A DNA stretch of 36,570 bases from an uncultured Ruminococcus sp. GTDB lineage: Bacteria; Bacillota; Clostridia; Oscillospirales; Ruminococcaceae. Positions 15,485 through 23,477 of the stretch are shown one piece after another. The DNA is taken from contig CAZKHW010000001.1 in NCBI GenBank assembly GCA_964552525.1, forward strand, positions 1 to 36,570. The letters are read 5' to 3'. Positions within the stretch are counted from its first letter, which is position 1, and each line of letters starts with the position of its first letter. Made by a program: the position numbers and the translations under genes. Below the pieces are notes generated by a model that saw only the letters and a list, made by a program, of their open reading frames with translations, ran no database searches and was not told where the DNA came from.

Positions 15485-16494
15485 ATGAAGAAAAAACCAC
15501 CGTCATCGTCTCCGAGGACTACACGAGAGCCGTCACGCTGACGCGCAGTATCATCGCCAACGCACAGGCGGCGCAGCAGTCGCTGTATGAGGTCTGCAAG
15601 GGCTTGTACGAGATGCGTGAGCAGAAACTTTATAAAGAATTGGGCTACTCCAATTTTGAGAACTATTGTGAAAATGAGGTTGGCATCACTCGCAGACAGG
15701 GTGGAAAATATGCTATGATCGGCTCGGCACTAACAGAAGAAAATGCGAAGTCGACTTCGCATTTTAAAGCTATCGGTACGGAAAAGCTCTATCTTCTCGC
15801 CAAGCTCGATGAACCAACCAGAGAAGCCGTCACCGAGACAGTCGATGTCGAATCTGTCACCGTCAAGGAGCTGAAAGCGCAGATCAGGTCTCTCACCGAC
15901 GAAAATGCCGAAAACGAATACGCCGCAAAGCTGCTCTCCGAGGAGCTGAGTACGGCAAAGGACAACATCGCCAAAAAAGAAAAGCAATTCGCCGAGGCGA
16001 TGGAATCCAAAAAACGCGAGCTGGATTCTTTCAAAGATTCCGCCGAGCGATCCAAGAAGTCATTCACTGCCAGGATTGGCGATCTTGAAGAGCAGATCAA
16101 GGAGCTTGAAAACCGACCGGTCGAGGTCGCAGTCTCCGAAGAGGAACTCAAAGAGATCGAACGACTCAGGGCAGAGCTTGAAGATTCGCGTCTGCGTCAG
16201 GTGCAGGCTGAGAAAGCAGCGCAGGTCAAAGCCGATCTTGCTGCCAGTGCTGTCCGTGAGGAGTATGAGAAGCAGCTTGCCGAAGCCAGAGAAGCAGCCA
16301 AGCCCGATGCCGTACCCGATACCAAGGGCATCTTCAAGGCATATTATACAAACGCTGTAGATGCGATGCGCCGTGTCACGCAGTTTGTTTCCGAACATAC
16401 GGCAGATGAGAACATGCCATTGTATCTGAAAAAGCTGGATGACATCATCGCGTTTGCTGAAACAGAACTCACAAAGCTGAAAGTAGACTCCTAA
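15481..16494 (+). CDS. DNA-binding (ParB/KorB-HTH-like) protein with long coiled coil
   Basis: 337 aa. ATGA overlap with the upstream gene. N-terminal motif LYEMREQKLYKELGYSNFENYCENEVGITRRQGGKYAMIG, then about 170 aa of heptad-rich Glu/Lys/Ala sequence. The function is inferred only. Confidence 0.4.
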   Translation: MNEEKTTVIVSEDYTRAVTLTRSIIANAQAAQQSLYEVCKGLYEMREQKLYKELGYSNFENYCENEVGITRRQGGKYAMIGSALTEENAKSTSHFKAIGTEKLYLLAKLDEPTREAVTETVDVESVTVKELKAQIRSLTDENAENEYAAKLLSEELSTAKDNIAKKEKQFAEAMESKKRELDSFKDSAERSKKSFTARIGDLEEQIKELENRPVEVAVSEEELKEIERLRAELEDSRLRQVQAEKAAQVKADLAASAVREEYEKQLAEAREAAKPDAVPDTKGIFKAYYTNAVDAMRRVTQFVSEHTADENMPLYLKKLDDIIAFAETELTKLKVDS

Positions 16495-16559
16495 TATACC
16501 AGAAGGAGAGGAATTTGTCAAGTGAAAAAAATCTTTTATTCCATGGAGGGAGTATCACC

Positions 16560-17096
16560 ATGCCTGAAAAAACACACTGGAAAAAGATGACAAACCCTAA
16601 TTATCTCGGTGACTACAGCATACCGGAGGGGCAGGATCTGATCGCCAGGATCGACTACGTTGCGCAGGAGACCATCAATGACCCTACGGGCAAGAAAAAA
16701 GAAGCCGTTGTCGCGCATTTTTCTGACGGCAACAAGCCTATGGTGCTCAACAAAACCAACCTGAAAACGATGAGCCGCATTTTCGGAACATCGTACATAG
16801 AGGACTGGCACGGCAGGAGCATCCAGATCTTTTTTGACCCCAATGTCAGGTTCGGCAGAGATAAGGTCGGCGGACTGCGGATTCGTCCTTTTATTCCAAA
16901 GCAGCAGAATGCAACGATGCTCTGCGCAGACTGCGGAAAACCAATTGAAACTGCATACGGTAAGGATGCAGTATGGCTGTCGAAGTACACCCACCAGAAA
17001 TATGGCAAGGAGCTGTGCGCCGTATGCGCAGAGGCATGCAAGGCAAAGCTCGAAGCACAGGAAGCACCCGATCCTTTCTCCGGATCGGCAGACTAA
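16560..17096 (+). CDS. hypothetical phage protein with C-terminal zinc ribbon
   Basis: Start at ATG 16560 (GGAGGG RBS); an alternative TTG start lies at 16515. Conserved-looking core PMVLNKTNLKTMSRIFGTSYIEDWHGRSIQIFFDP...GGLRIRP. C-terminal CADCGK...CAVCAE. Confidence 0.6.
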   Translation: MPEKTHWKKMTNPNYLGDYSIPEGQDLIARIDYVAQETINDPTGKKKEAVVAHFSDGNKPMVLNKTNLKTMSRIFGTSYIEDWHGRSIQIFFDPNVRFGRDKVGGLRIRPFIPKQQNATMLCADCGKPIETAYGKDAVWLSKYTHQKYGKELCAVCAEACKAKLEAQEAPDPFSGSAD

Positions 17097-17108
17097 GGAG
17101 GAGCATAA

Positions 17109-18539
17109 ATGAGAACTACCAAAATCAAAATTAAAAACCTGTTCGGCATCCGTGAGACCGAACTGGATGGCCGCAGCGTAGAGCTGACCGGCAGCAACGG
17201 TACCGGCAAGACATCTGTCATTGACGCTTTCCGGTATGCGCTTACGAACCAGTCGGAGCGCCGGATGATCGTCCGCAGCGGAGAACACGAGGGCGAGATC
17301 ATTGTCGAGACAGACACAGGTCTTACGATCAACCGCAAAAAACGAACAGAAAAGGCAGATTACAAGTCTGTTAAGGAAAACGGAAAAGAGATCATGGCGG
17401 CTGAGAGTTTCCTCCGGCAGCTCATCACTCCCTTGCAGCTCGATCCGGTCGCATTCACACAAATGACCGAAAAAGAGAAAAACCGTGCCATACTCGACCT
17501 GATCGACTTCAACTGGAGCATGGAATGGATCTGTGAGCAGTTCGGAGAGATCCCTGCTTGGGTGAACTACGATCAGAATATTCTTGAAGTCCTTCATGAC
17601 ATGCAGTCGGAAAATGGTGAATGGTTCAAAAGCCGTCAGGATGTGAACAGGGACATCCGGAATAAACGCGCCTTTATTGAGGACATTGCCAAGGATATCC
17701 CATCCGGGTATCAGGCAGAAGTCTGGGAACAGTACGACATGAGTTCCGCGTACCAGAAACTTACCAGGATTCGTGAGTTCAACAGCCGCATCGAACGTGC
17801 CAAACTGTTTCGGAGCAGTCACGATGCCAAGCTCCGACAGCACGAAGCAGACAGGATGATCGCCGATTCCTCCGAGGAAAAAGCGATCAGTGCCGAACGT
17901 GAGCAGATCACATCCACGATCGAACGCCTCAAAGCTGAGATCAGAGCAGCAGAGGAGAAACTTACCGGACTGTCCGATAAGCTCCGGGACAAGCTGGCGG
18001 TCAATGAGAGCCGATTCCAGGAGGCGAAAGCAAAGCTCGACAAGGACATGCTCACAGCCGATGAGTATACGGGAAAGGAACCTATCCCCTGCGATGCGCT
18101 CCAAGAGGAGATCCGGAACGCAGATGCGATGAAACAGCATCTGAACGAATACACGCGGATGACTGCCATGCAAAAGGAACTGGATGCCCTCATAGAGAAG
18201 TCGGAGGAGTACACCAGAAAGATCGAGCTGGCACGTTCCCTGCCTGGCGTGATCCTCGAAACAGCAAGCATCCCGATCGAGGGATTTTCCGTTGAGGACG
18301 GCATTCCTCTTGTTAATGGCCTGCCTGTATCGAATCTTTCTGAAGGCGAACAGCTCAGTCTATGTGTGGATGTTGCCATCGCAAAACCCAACGGTCTCCA
18401 GATCATCCTCATCGACGGAACCGAGAAACTTTCTGCTGAAAACCGCGAAAAGCTCTATGCCAAGTGCAGAACCAAGGGCATCCAATTCATCGCAACACGC
18501 ACCACGGATGATTCCGAAATGGAGGTGCATTACCTGTGA
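17109..18539 (+). CDS. SMC/Rad50/RecN-like ABC ATPase with central coiled coil
   Basis: 476 aa. Walker A GSNGTGKTS near the N-terminus, a coiled coil at about residues 200-350, an ABC signature-like LSEGEQ, and Walker B IILIDGTE near the C-terminus. Confidence 0.85.
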   Translation: MRTTKIKIKNLFGIRETELDGRSVELTGSNGTGKTSVIDAFRYALTNQSERRMIVRSGEHEGEIIVETDTGLTINRKKRTEKADYKSVKENGKEIMAAESFLRQLITPLQLDPVAFTQMTEKEKNRAILDLIDFNWSMEWICEQFGEIPAWVNYDQNILEVLHDMQSENGEWFKSRQDVNRDIRNKRAFIEDIAKDIPSGYQAEVWEQYDMSSAYQKLTRIREFNSRIERAKLFRSSHDAKLRQHEADRMIADSSEEKAISAEREQITSTIERLKAEIRAAEEKLTGLSDKLRDKLAVNESRFQEAKAKLDKDMLTADEYTGKEPIPCDALQEEIRNADAMKQHLNEYTRMTAMQKELDALIEKSEEYTRKIELARSLPGVILETASIPIEGFSVEDGIPLVNGLPVSNLSEGEQLSLCVDVAIAKPNGLQIILIDGTEKLSAENREKLYAKCRTKGIQFIATRTTDDSEMEVHYL

Positions 18540-19336
18540 TTGCCCATTCCTTGACCAATGAAAATTATTTCGATCCGGAGAATAACCGGAAATATATGGG
18601 ATCCTCTCAATTCAAGAGCTTTCAGCGCTGCGAGGCAGCGGCGCTGGCAGAGCTGACTGGAGACTATAAGCGTGATGTGACAGATGCACTGCTGATCGGC
18701 TCTTTTGTAGATGCACATTTTGAAGGAACGATGGATATCTTTAAGGCGCAGCATCCGGAGATCTTCACCCGGAACGGCGAACTGAAAGCGCAGTACCGTC
18801 ATGCCGAGTACATGATCCAGAGAGCCGAGCGCGATGCTTTGTTTATGAAGTACATGAGCGGAGAAAAGCAAAAGATATTCGTTGGTGAGATCGCAGGCGT
18901 TCCGTTCAAGATCAAGGCGGACAGCTATCACTCGGGCAAAGCCATTGTCGATCTGAAATGCCTGAAGGATTTTGCAAGCGTCTGGGATGCCGAAACGGAA
19001 TGCCGGGAGCATTTTATCCTGCACTGGGGCTACGACATACAGGGTGCTATCTATCGTGAGATCATTCGCCAGAATACCGGAAAGGTTCTGCCCTTTTACA
19101 TCGCAGCCGTCACTAAGGAAAAGCCGGAGCCTGATTTACAGATCTATTGGATCCCGGACAAAATGCTTGATGAAGCACTCGGCGAGGTTCAGCGACTTGC
19201 ACCGCGTTTTCAGCGCATCAAGGACGGCAGTCTTTCGCCACAGCGATGCGGCGGATGCCCGTGGTGCCGATTCACAAAAGTGCTGACAAAGCCGCTTGAC
19301 CTGACGGAGGAGCTGGAGGTGTACGATGTCGAATAG
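18536..19336 (+). CDS. PD-(D/E)XK exonuclease, RecE/DUF3799-like, with Cas4-like C-terminal Cys cluster
   Basis: 266 aa. GTGA overlap with the ATPase gene. Core FKIKADSYHSGKAIVDLKC (D...D-x-K). C-terminal CGGCPWC. Confidence 0.75.
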   Translation: MIAHSLTNENYFDPENNRKYMGSSQFKSFQRCEAAALAELTGDYKRDVTDALLIGSFVDAHFEGTMDIFKAQHPEIFTRNGELKAQYRHAEYMIQRAERDALFMKYMSGEKQKIFVGEIAGVPFKIKADSYHSGKAIVDLKCLKDFASVWDAETECREHFILHWGYDIQGAIYREIIRQNTGKVLPFYIAAVTKEKPEPDLQIYWIPDKMLDEALGEVQRLAPRFQRIKDGSLSPQRCGGCPWCRFTKVLTKPLDLTEELEVYDVE

Positions 19337-19883
19337 AGAATCGGAAAAGAAGGATTTTATGAAACGCGTCACGATCCTGACAGACACTCGTGAGCAGAAG
19401 AATGAGCACATAATCAAGGCATTGGATGCCTACGGCGTGATGCATGAGAACCGTAAACTGGATTACGGGGATTACAGCTTTATCGTAGACGGAAAGGATT
19501 TTTCCTATAGCTGCGTGGTTGAGCGCAAGGCAAACATAAACGAGGTCTATGGCAACATCTCCGCTGACCGGGAACGCATTGAAAAGGAGCTTGACACGAT
19601 CAGCCGGAATGCCCGGCAGTGCATCTTCCTATTGGAGAATTGTGAGAGCTGGGAGGCATTGAAAGCCTATTCCCTGCCGAAAGATGAAATTGAGCACACC
19701 GGGCGGAAGGTACAGAATATCGGTGCTACCTGCTACGGTACGCTGCAGGCATGGCGCTGTGGGAACCGTTACAACTTCACTGTGGAGTTCGTGCCGGATG
19801 TACATTATTCCGCCGCGCGGATGCTGGAGTTGTTCTTCTGGTATTATCACAATTACCGGAAACAGACCGCTGCAAGGAGGTAG
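19326..19883 (+). CDS. ERCC4 (XPF/Mus81/Hef-type) nuclease domain protein
   Basis: 185 aa. Overlaps the upstream gene by 11 nt. Motifs DTREQ, GDYSF and VVERKANINE fit the GDxn-ERK signature. Confidence 0.65.
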   Translation: MSNRESEKKDFMKRVTILTDTREQKNEHIIKALDAYGVMHENRKLDYGDYSFIVDGKDFSYSCVVERKANINEVYGNISADRERIEKELDTISRNARQCIFLLENCESWEALKAYSLPKDEIEHTGRKVQNIGATCYGTLQAWRCGNRYNFTVEFVPDVHYSAARMLELFFWYYHNYRKQTAARR

Positions 19884-19885
19884 CT

Positions 19886-20125
19886 ATGGGAAGAAAACTT
19901 CCATTTGACCGGGCAAAAAAGATGGCATCCATTTCCGCGAATCCATCTATTTATAATGACCCATGTCCGAATAAGTACGGTTACAAAATCAACATCAATC
20001 ATCCAAAAATCCGCCCATTGTATGAGGCATATCAGGCGCATGTCGGAGAGAGAATTCTCTCCGACCGTCAGAGACTGCATTTTGAGAGCATCATTTTTCA
20101 GATGATCCAGAAAAGGAGTGACTAA
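19886..20125 (+). CDS. hypothetical small phage protein
   Basis: Start at ATG 19886 (AGGAGG, 6-nt spacer). 79 aa. The longer track ORF overlaps the ERCC4 gene out of frame. Confidence 0.6.
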   Translation: MGRKLPFDRAKKMASISANPSIYNDPCPNKYGYKININHPKIRPLYEAYQAHVGERILSDRQRLHFESIIFQMIQKRSD

Positions 20126-20126
20126 C

Positions 20127-20594
20127 ATGTACAACCGCGTGATTTTAATGGGGCGTCTGACCCGTGACCCCGAACTTCGCACCACGCAGAGCGGCATTGC
20201 AATGTGCCGGTTTGACATCGCCGTAGACAGACGATACAGCAAGCAGGGTGAGGAAAAACAGACAGATTTCTTTCAGGTGACTGCCTGGAGGCAGACGGCA
20301 GAGTTCGTCAGCAAGTATTTCACTAAGGGCAGGATGATCCACGTGGAAGGCAGCATCCAGAATAACAATTACACCGATCAGAACGGTGTCAAACATTATT
20401 CGACAGCGATCATGGCAGATCAGGTTTCCTTCTGTGGTGATCGTGCGCCGGAGGGCAGTTCGCAGTACAAGCCCTCACAGGCAAATATTCCGCAGTCATC
20501 TCCTGCACCGCAGAGGGCAGCACAGAACGAGATCGAGCTTGGTGATCTGGGAGACTTTGAGGAAATTCTGAGTGATAGTGAAGTTCCCTTTTGA
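20127..20594 (+). CDS. ssb: single-stranded DNA-binding protein
   Basis: MYNRVILMGRLTRDPELRTTQSGIAMCRFDIAVDR...FFQVTAWRQTAEF is an OB fold. Gln/Pro-rich linker and an acidic C-terminal tip ending in DSEVPF. Confidence 0.92.
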   Translation: MYNRVILMGRLTRDPELRTTQSGIAMCRFDIAVDRRYSKQGEEKQTDFFQVTAWRQTAEFVSKYFTKGRMIHVEGSIQNNNYTDQNGVKHYSTAIMADQVSFCGDRAPEGSSQYKPSQANIPQSSPAPQRAAQNEIELGDLGDFEEILSDSEVPF

Positions 20595-20609
20595 TCTGAG
20601 GTGATGTAA

Positions 20610-21338
20610 ATGCTAGAAACCGGATGGATCAAGCTCCATCGCTCTATTTTGAAATGGGAATGGTATGACGATATTAACACAAAGATTGTTTTCCTGCACC
20701 TCCTGCTGACAGTCTCAGTGGAGGATTGCAAGTGGCACGGAATCGAGATCAAACGCGGAAGTCGCATTATCAGTTACGCCAAACTGTCAAAAGAAGTCGG
20801 ATTATCTGTACAACAAGTGCGTACATCGTTGGAACACTTAATATCAACAGGAGAAATAACAAGGTCAACATATAAGAATTTAACAGTAATATCGCTAAAA
20901 AGCTATGATAAATTTCAAGCATCAACACAGTCAGCAACAAACGACCAACAAAGTACCAACAAGGTACCAACAAGGTGCCAACAACAGTATAAGAAAGTAA
21001 AAGAAAGTAAAGAAAGTAAGAATACAAGAAGTAGTAGTAGTGACGGCGAGTGCCGTCACTACACGACTGACAACATCAGAAGATTAGTTTCTGATCTAGG
21101 ATATCAATGGTCCGAACAAGAGCTAACGGATTTCATCTTGTTCAATGAGGAACGGGGTTGGAAGAACAGCCCAAAATCTGCTGCCCCGAAGTGGGAAAAG
21201 CAACGGCAAAGATTTGCAAAGAAGGGCATACCGGCAGTCCCGGATATGAACCAACGAGAAATTGACACTATGAACGACTATCTCTCTGTGGTCAACAGGT
21301 TCAAGGAGGATGAGAACGATGATACGATTCAGCCTTGA
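20610..21338 (+). CDS. phage replisome organizer / replication initiator-like winged-helix protein
   Basis: 242 aa. N-terminal GWIKLHRSILKWEWYDD...RGSRIISYAKLSKEVGLSVQQVRTSLEHLISTGEI is typical of phage replication organizer N-domains as I recall them. A low-complexity linker is encoded by tandem DNA repeats. Confidence 0.65.
   Translation: MLETGWIKLHRSILKWEWYDDINTKIVFLHLLLTVSVEDCKWHGIEIKRGSRIISYAKLSKEVGLSVQQVRTSLEHLISTGEITRSTYKNLTVISLKSYDKFQASTQSATNDQQSTNKVPTRCQQQYKKVKESKESKNTRSSSSDGECRHYTTDNIRRLVSDLGYQWSEQELTDFILFNEERGWKNSPKSAAPKWEKQRQRFAKKGIPAVPDMNQREIDTMNDYLSVVNRFKEDENDDTIQP
20932..21059. repeat. iteron-like tandem repeats plus palindrome (candidate phage origin)
   Basis: About five tandem 10-11-nt units G(T/A)ACCAACAAG (20932-20986). 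Three AAGAAAGTAA units (about 20990-21020). A GTA triplet run. Then the palindrome GTGACGGC-gagt-GCCGTCAC (21040-21059). The segment is locally AT-rich. Confidence 0.5.
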
Positions 21339-21711
21339 TCTCACTCCGAATGCACAGTGGGGGATGAACAAGGTCTATTCCGGAAAGCACTGGAGCATCC
21401 GGAAGGAGCAGGCATCACAGGTTCATCTGCTCGTAAGAGCTGCTATCCGGAAGCAGAACCGGAATGTAAGGACATTCCGAAATCCGGTGAACGTTCGGAT
21501 ATTTTATAACAGCCGCCTCGACATCGACAATCACGGCTATCTCTCGAAGCTCATCATTGATGGCATGAAGGGGGTGCTGATCGAGGATGATGACCGAAGA
21601 TTCGTCAGGTCGCTTACACAGGAATTCCACTCAGGAGATCATGGGAAGATCTTTGTGGAGGTGGAGGAGATTGTGATGCGAAACAATGCCACTAAGATGC
21701 ACGAGAATTAA
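21319..21711 (+). CDS. rusA: RusA-family Holliday junction resolvase
   Basis: Start at ATG 21319 (AAGGAGG, 9-nt spacer). 130 aa. The motif DIDNHGYLSKLIIDGMKGVLIEDDDRRFV matches the RusA D-x-DN...D...DD pattern. Confidence 0.65.
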   Translation: MIRFSLDLTPNAQWGMNKVYSGKHWSIRKEQASQVHLLVRAAIRKQNRNVRTFRNPVNVRIFYNSRLDIDNHGYLSKLIIDGMKGVLIEDDDRRFVRSLTQEFHSGDHGKIFVEVEEIVMRNNATKMHEN

Positions 21712-21720
21712 CGCTGTTGG

Positions 21721-21745
21721 CTTTTACGGTAATTTGACGTAAAAG
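21721..21745 (+). promoter_or_regulatory. 8-bp hairpin after rusA (possible weak terminator or regulatory stem)
   Basis: CTTTTACG (21721-21728) / CGTAAAAG (21738-21745) with a 9-nt loop. No clear T-run follows. Confidence 0.3.
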
Positions 21746-21815
21746 TATGCCCATGTTTTCAGAACGTCATACAGAGCCTTCTAGATATCTTATACGAGAT
21801 TGGAGGAATGATAGC

Positions 21816-22079
21816 ATGAATGCCAGATACAAAAACAGGAAGATTGAAACTTACTGCAAGGTGAGAGATGCAGCTGTTGTCGCAGCCGTGGAGCATGGTG
21901 ATCTTGTACCGCTCAAACGGCTGATCTCTGAAAATGGTTTGCCGAATGCAAGCAGCGACAAAGTGCTTTTATGTACCGCTCACAAGATGTGCTGTAATAT
22001 CACGAATATGCCTGATACGTTTCAGGAGAAGTCACGGAAATGGCTGAAAGAGCAAGGTTTTAGCGAGGATATTTATTAG
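21816..22079 (+). CDS. hypothetical phage protein
   Basis: Start at ATG 21816 (GGAGG, 9-nt spacer). 87 aa. No recognisable motif. Confidence 0.55.
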   Translation: MNARYKNRKIETYCKVRDAAVVAAVEHGDLVPLKRLISENGLPNASSDKVLLCTAHKMCCNITNMPDTFQEKSRKWLKEQGFSEDIY

Positions 22080-22087
22080 GAGAAGTT

Positions 22088-22255
22088 ATGGTTAGATTGT
22101 TTATACAATATTTCAGGTCTTGTATATGTAAACATGATTTTGAACATGTCGCAGATTCAAGAACTTTTTGGAATGCTGGTGATTCTTTGCCATGTAAAAC
22201 AGTTCGTATATACCGATGCAGGAAATGCGGATATGTTCAAAGAATTAAAATCTAA
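22088..22255 (+). CDS. hypothetical 55-aa zinc-ribbon-like protein (below the ORF-track cutoff)
   Basis: My own translation gives MVRLFIQYFRSCICKHDFEHVADSRTFWNAGDSLPCKTVRIYRCRKCGYVQRIKI. AGGAG upstream. Contains CxC...CxxC. Confidence 0.4.
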   Translation: MVRLFIQYFRSCICKHDFEHVADSRTFWNAGDSLPCKTVRIYRCRKCGYVQRIKI

Positions 22256-22289
22256 GTGGAAATTGAGAAGTTGGAGGATGATGTATGTG

Positions 22290-22613
22290 ATGAATGATAA
22301 AATCGAATTGAGAGCCGCTGCCGCTCGATTGCTGTACGGAAATAATCGAGATTCGGCTGATTATGATATGTTAGTTAATTATATTGACAGCAGCGAGCCA
22401 GTACAACATTGGATTCCGTGCAGTGAGAGGTTGCCGGAAGACGGTGAAGTAGTCATCGCCTGCTCTTCTGACAGAAGATGTCTCCGATTCGCCGAGTGGG
22501 ACGGACAGTATGACGACTTTGGAGTGTGGAATATCGGCAAGAAGCGGTATCGCACTAAGACGTTCCCTTACTGGATGCCGCTGCCTGAGCCGCCGGAGAT
22601 GTGCATAAAATAA
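22290..22613 (+). CDS. DUF551-like phage protein
   Basis: The C-terminal WIPCSERLPEDGEVVIAC...YWMPLPEPP matches the DUF551 pattern. The start is uncertain (ATG/GTG cluster at 22278-22290, after GGAGG). Confidence 0.65.
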   Translation: MNDKIELRAAAARLLYGNNRDSADYDMLVNYIDSSEPVQHWIPCSERLPEDGEVVIACSSDRRCLRFAEWDGQYDDFGVWNIGKKRYRTKTFPYWMPLPEPPEMCIK

Positions 22614-22637
22614 ATTAGCCCCCATTCGGAGGCTAAT
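22614..22637. terminator. weak bidirectional hairpin between convergent genes
   Basis: ATTAGCC (22614-22620) / GGCTAAT (22631-22637) with a 10-nt loop. T-rich flanks on both strands. Confidence 0.4.
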
Positions 22638-22815
22638 CGGATTTCTTGTCCTTGCGGCTGTTGCAAAGAGCCTGCTGAGCGGCTATTGTCGCCATAGTAT
22701 CGCCTAGCTGCACAAATACTGCTGCTACTGCGGCGATTTCTTCCGGTGAGCTTAGCTTGCAGGCTATAGCATTTGCAAGTGCCGCAACAGACATGCTTGT
22801 TTCGCATGGATTCAT
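22633..22815 (-). CDS. small Ala-rich hypothetical protein, antisense-oriented moron
   Basis: 60 aa: MNPCETSMSVAALANAIACKLSSPEEIAAVAAVFVQLGDTMATIAAQQALC... It is the only minus-strand ORF inside the plus-strand phage array. TATAAT lies about 20 nt upstream of the ATG, with a weak GGTGA RBS. Confidence 0.55.
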   Translation of the reverse strand: MNPCETSMSVAALANAIACKLSSPEEIAAVAAVFVQLGDTMATIAAQQALCNSRKDKKSD

Positions 22816-22864
22816 AATTTATCACCCGTTTATTATATGCGGGTAATTTCAAGGAGGTTAAAGT

Positions 22865-23038
22865 ATGAGTGATTTATATAATACTATCATTTGTGAAATA
22901 AACAGGTGTATCGGAGAAATCCATAAGGCAGATAATGAAATACTAAAATTGCAAGAGCGCAGAGACTGCTACAACGACAGAAAATTTATGCTTGAAGAAT
23001 TAAGAGATAAATATACAGAGGAGAATCAAAATGACTGA
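22865..23038 (+). CDS. hypothetical 57-aa coiled-coil protein (below the ORF-track cutoff)
   Basis: AAGGAGG 7 nt upstream of ATG 22865. My own translation gives MSDLYNTIICEINRCIGEIHKADNEILKLQERRDCYNDRKFMLEELRDKYTEENQND. Confidence 0.5.
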   Translation: MSDLYNTIICEINRCIGEIHKADNEILKLQERRDCYNDRKFMLEELRDKYTEENQND

Positions 23039-23064
23039 AATCAATGATGAAAGGAAGGAACATC

Positions 23065-23475
23065 ATGAATCGTGAGATTTTATTTAGAGGAAAACGTGTT
23101 GATAATGGAAAGTGGTTTGAGGGTGATGGTATACAGTATCCTAAGTCAATTAAACGCAAAGGTGAGTGCTGGGTTGGCGGTGTGAAAGGTATAAACGATT
23201 GGGTACAAGTTATCCCTGAAACAGTTGGACAGTACACAGGTATAGACGATGAGAACGGCGTGAAGATTTTTGAGGGTGACGTTGTAAAATGCTACGCTAG
23301 TGAGGATGCAGCAAACTGCGTCGTAATTTTTGAAAAAGGCGAATACCGTCTTGTGCCCACCAAGAGGTACAAAGACTATCAAGAGTGTTGCGGCTATCAT
23401 GCCATCAGATGTTTCGTTAAGATCGTCATTGGCAACATCCACGACAATCCGGAGCTGTTGGGAACGGAGGAATGA
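23065..23475 (+). CDS. YopX family phage protein
   Basis: MNREILFRGKRVDNGKWFEGD...TVGQYTGIDDENGVKIFEGDVV...IGNIHDNPELL carries the characteristic YopX motifs. Confidence 0.85.
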   Translation: MNREILFRGKRVDNGKWFEGDGIQYPKSIKRKGECWVGGVKGINDWVQVIPETVGQYTGIDDENGVKIFEGDVVKCYASEDAANCVVIFEKGEYRLVPTKRYKDYQECCGYHAIRCFVKIVIGNIHDNPELLGTEE

Positions 23476-23477
23476 AT

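Noticed and set aside
16536-18173. 545-aa minus-strand ORF
   Set aside because: It is antisense to the zinc-ribbon protein gene and the SMC-like ATPase gene. The ATPase carries Walker A/B and signature motifs on the plus strand. The minus-strand ORF has no motifs or RBS.
17109-19336. Reading the SMC-like ATPase plus PD-(D/E)XK nuclease as a stand-alone Lamassu-type defence system
   Set aside because: The genes overlap translationally with their neighbours in the early operon and sit beside ssb, the replication initiator and rusA. A phage recombination/repair role is therefore the more economical explanation. It is kept only as an alternative hypothesis in the findings.
20932-21020. Tandem short repeats considered as a CRISPR array or minisatellite
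   Set aside because: The units are only 9-11 nt with no spacers, and they lie inside a coding linker. An iteron/origin interpretation fits better. No CRISPR-like repeat-spacer structure occurs anywhere in the window.
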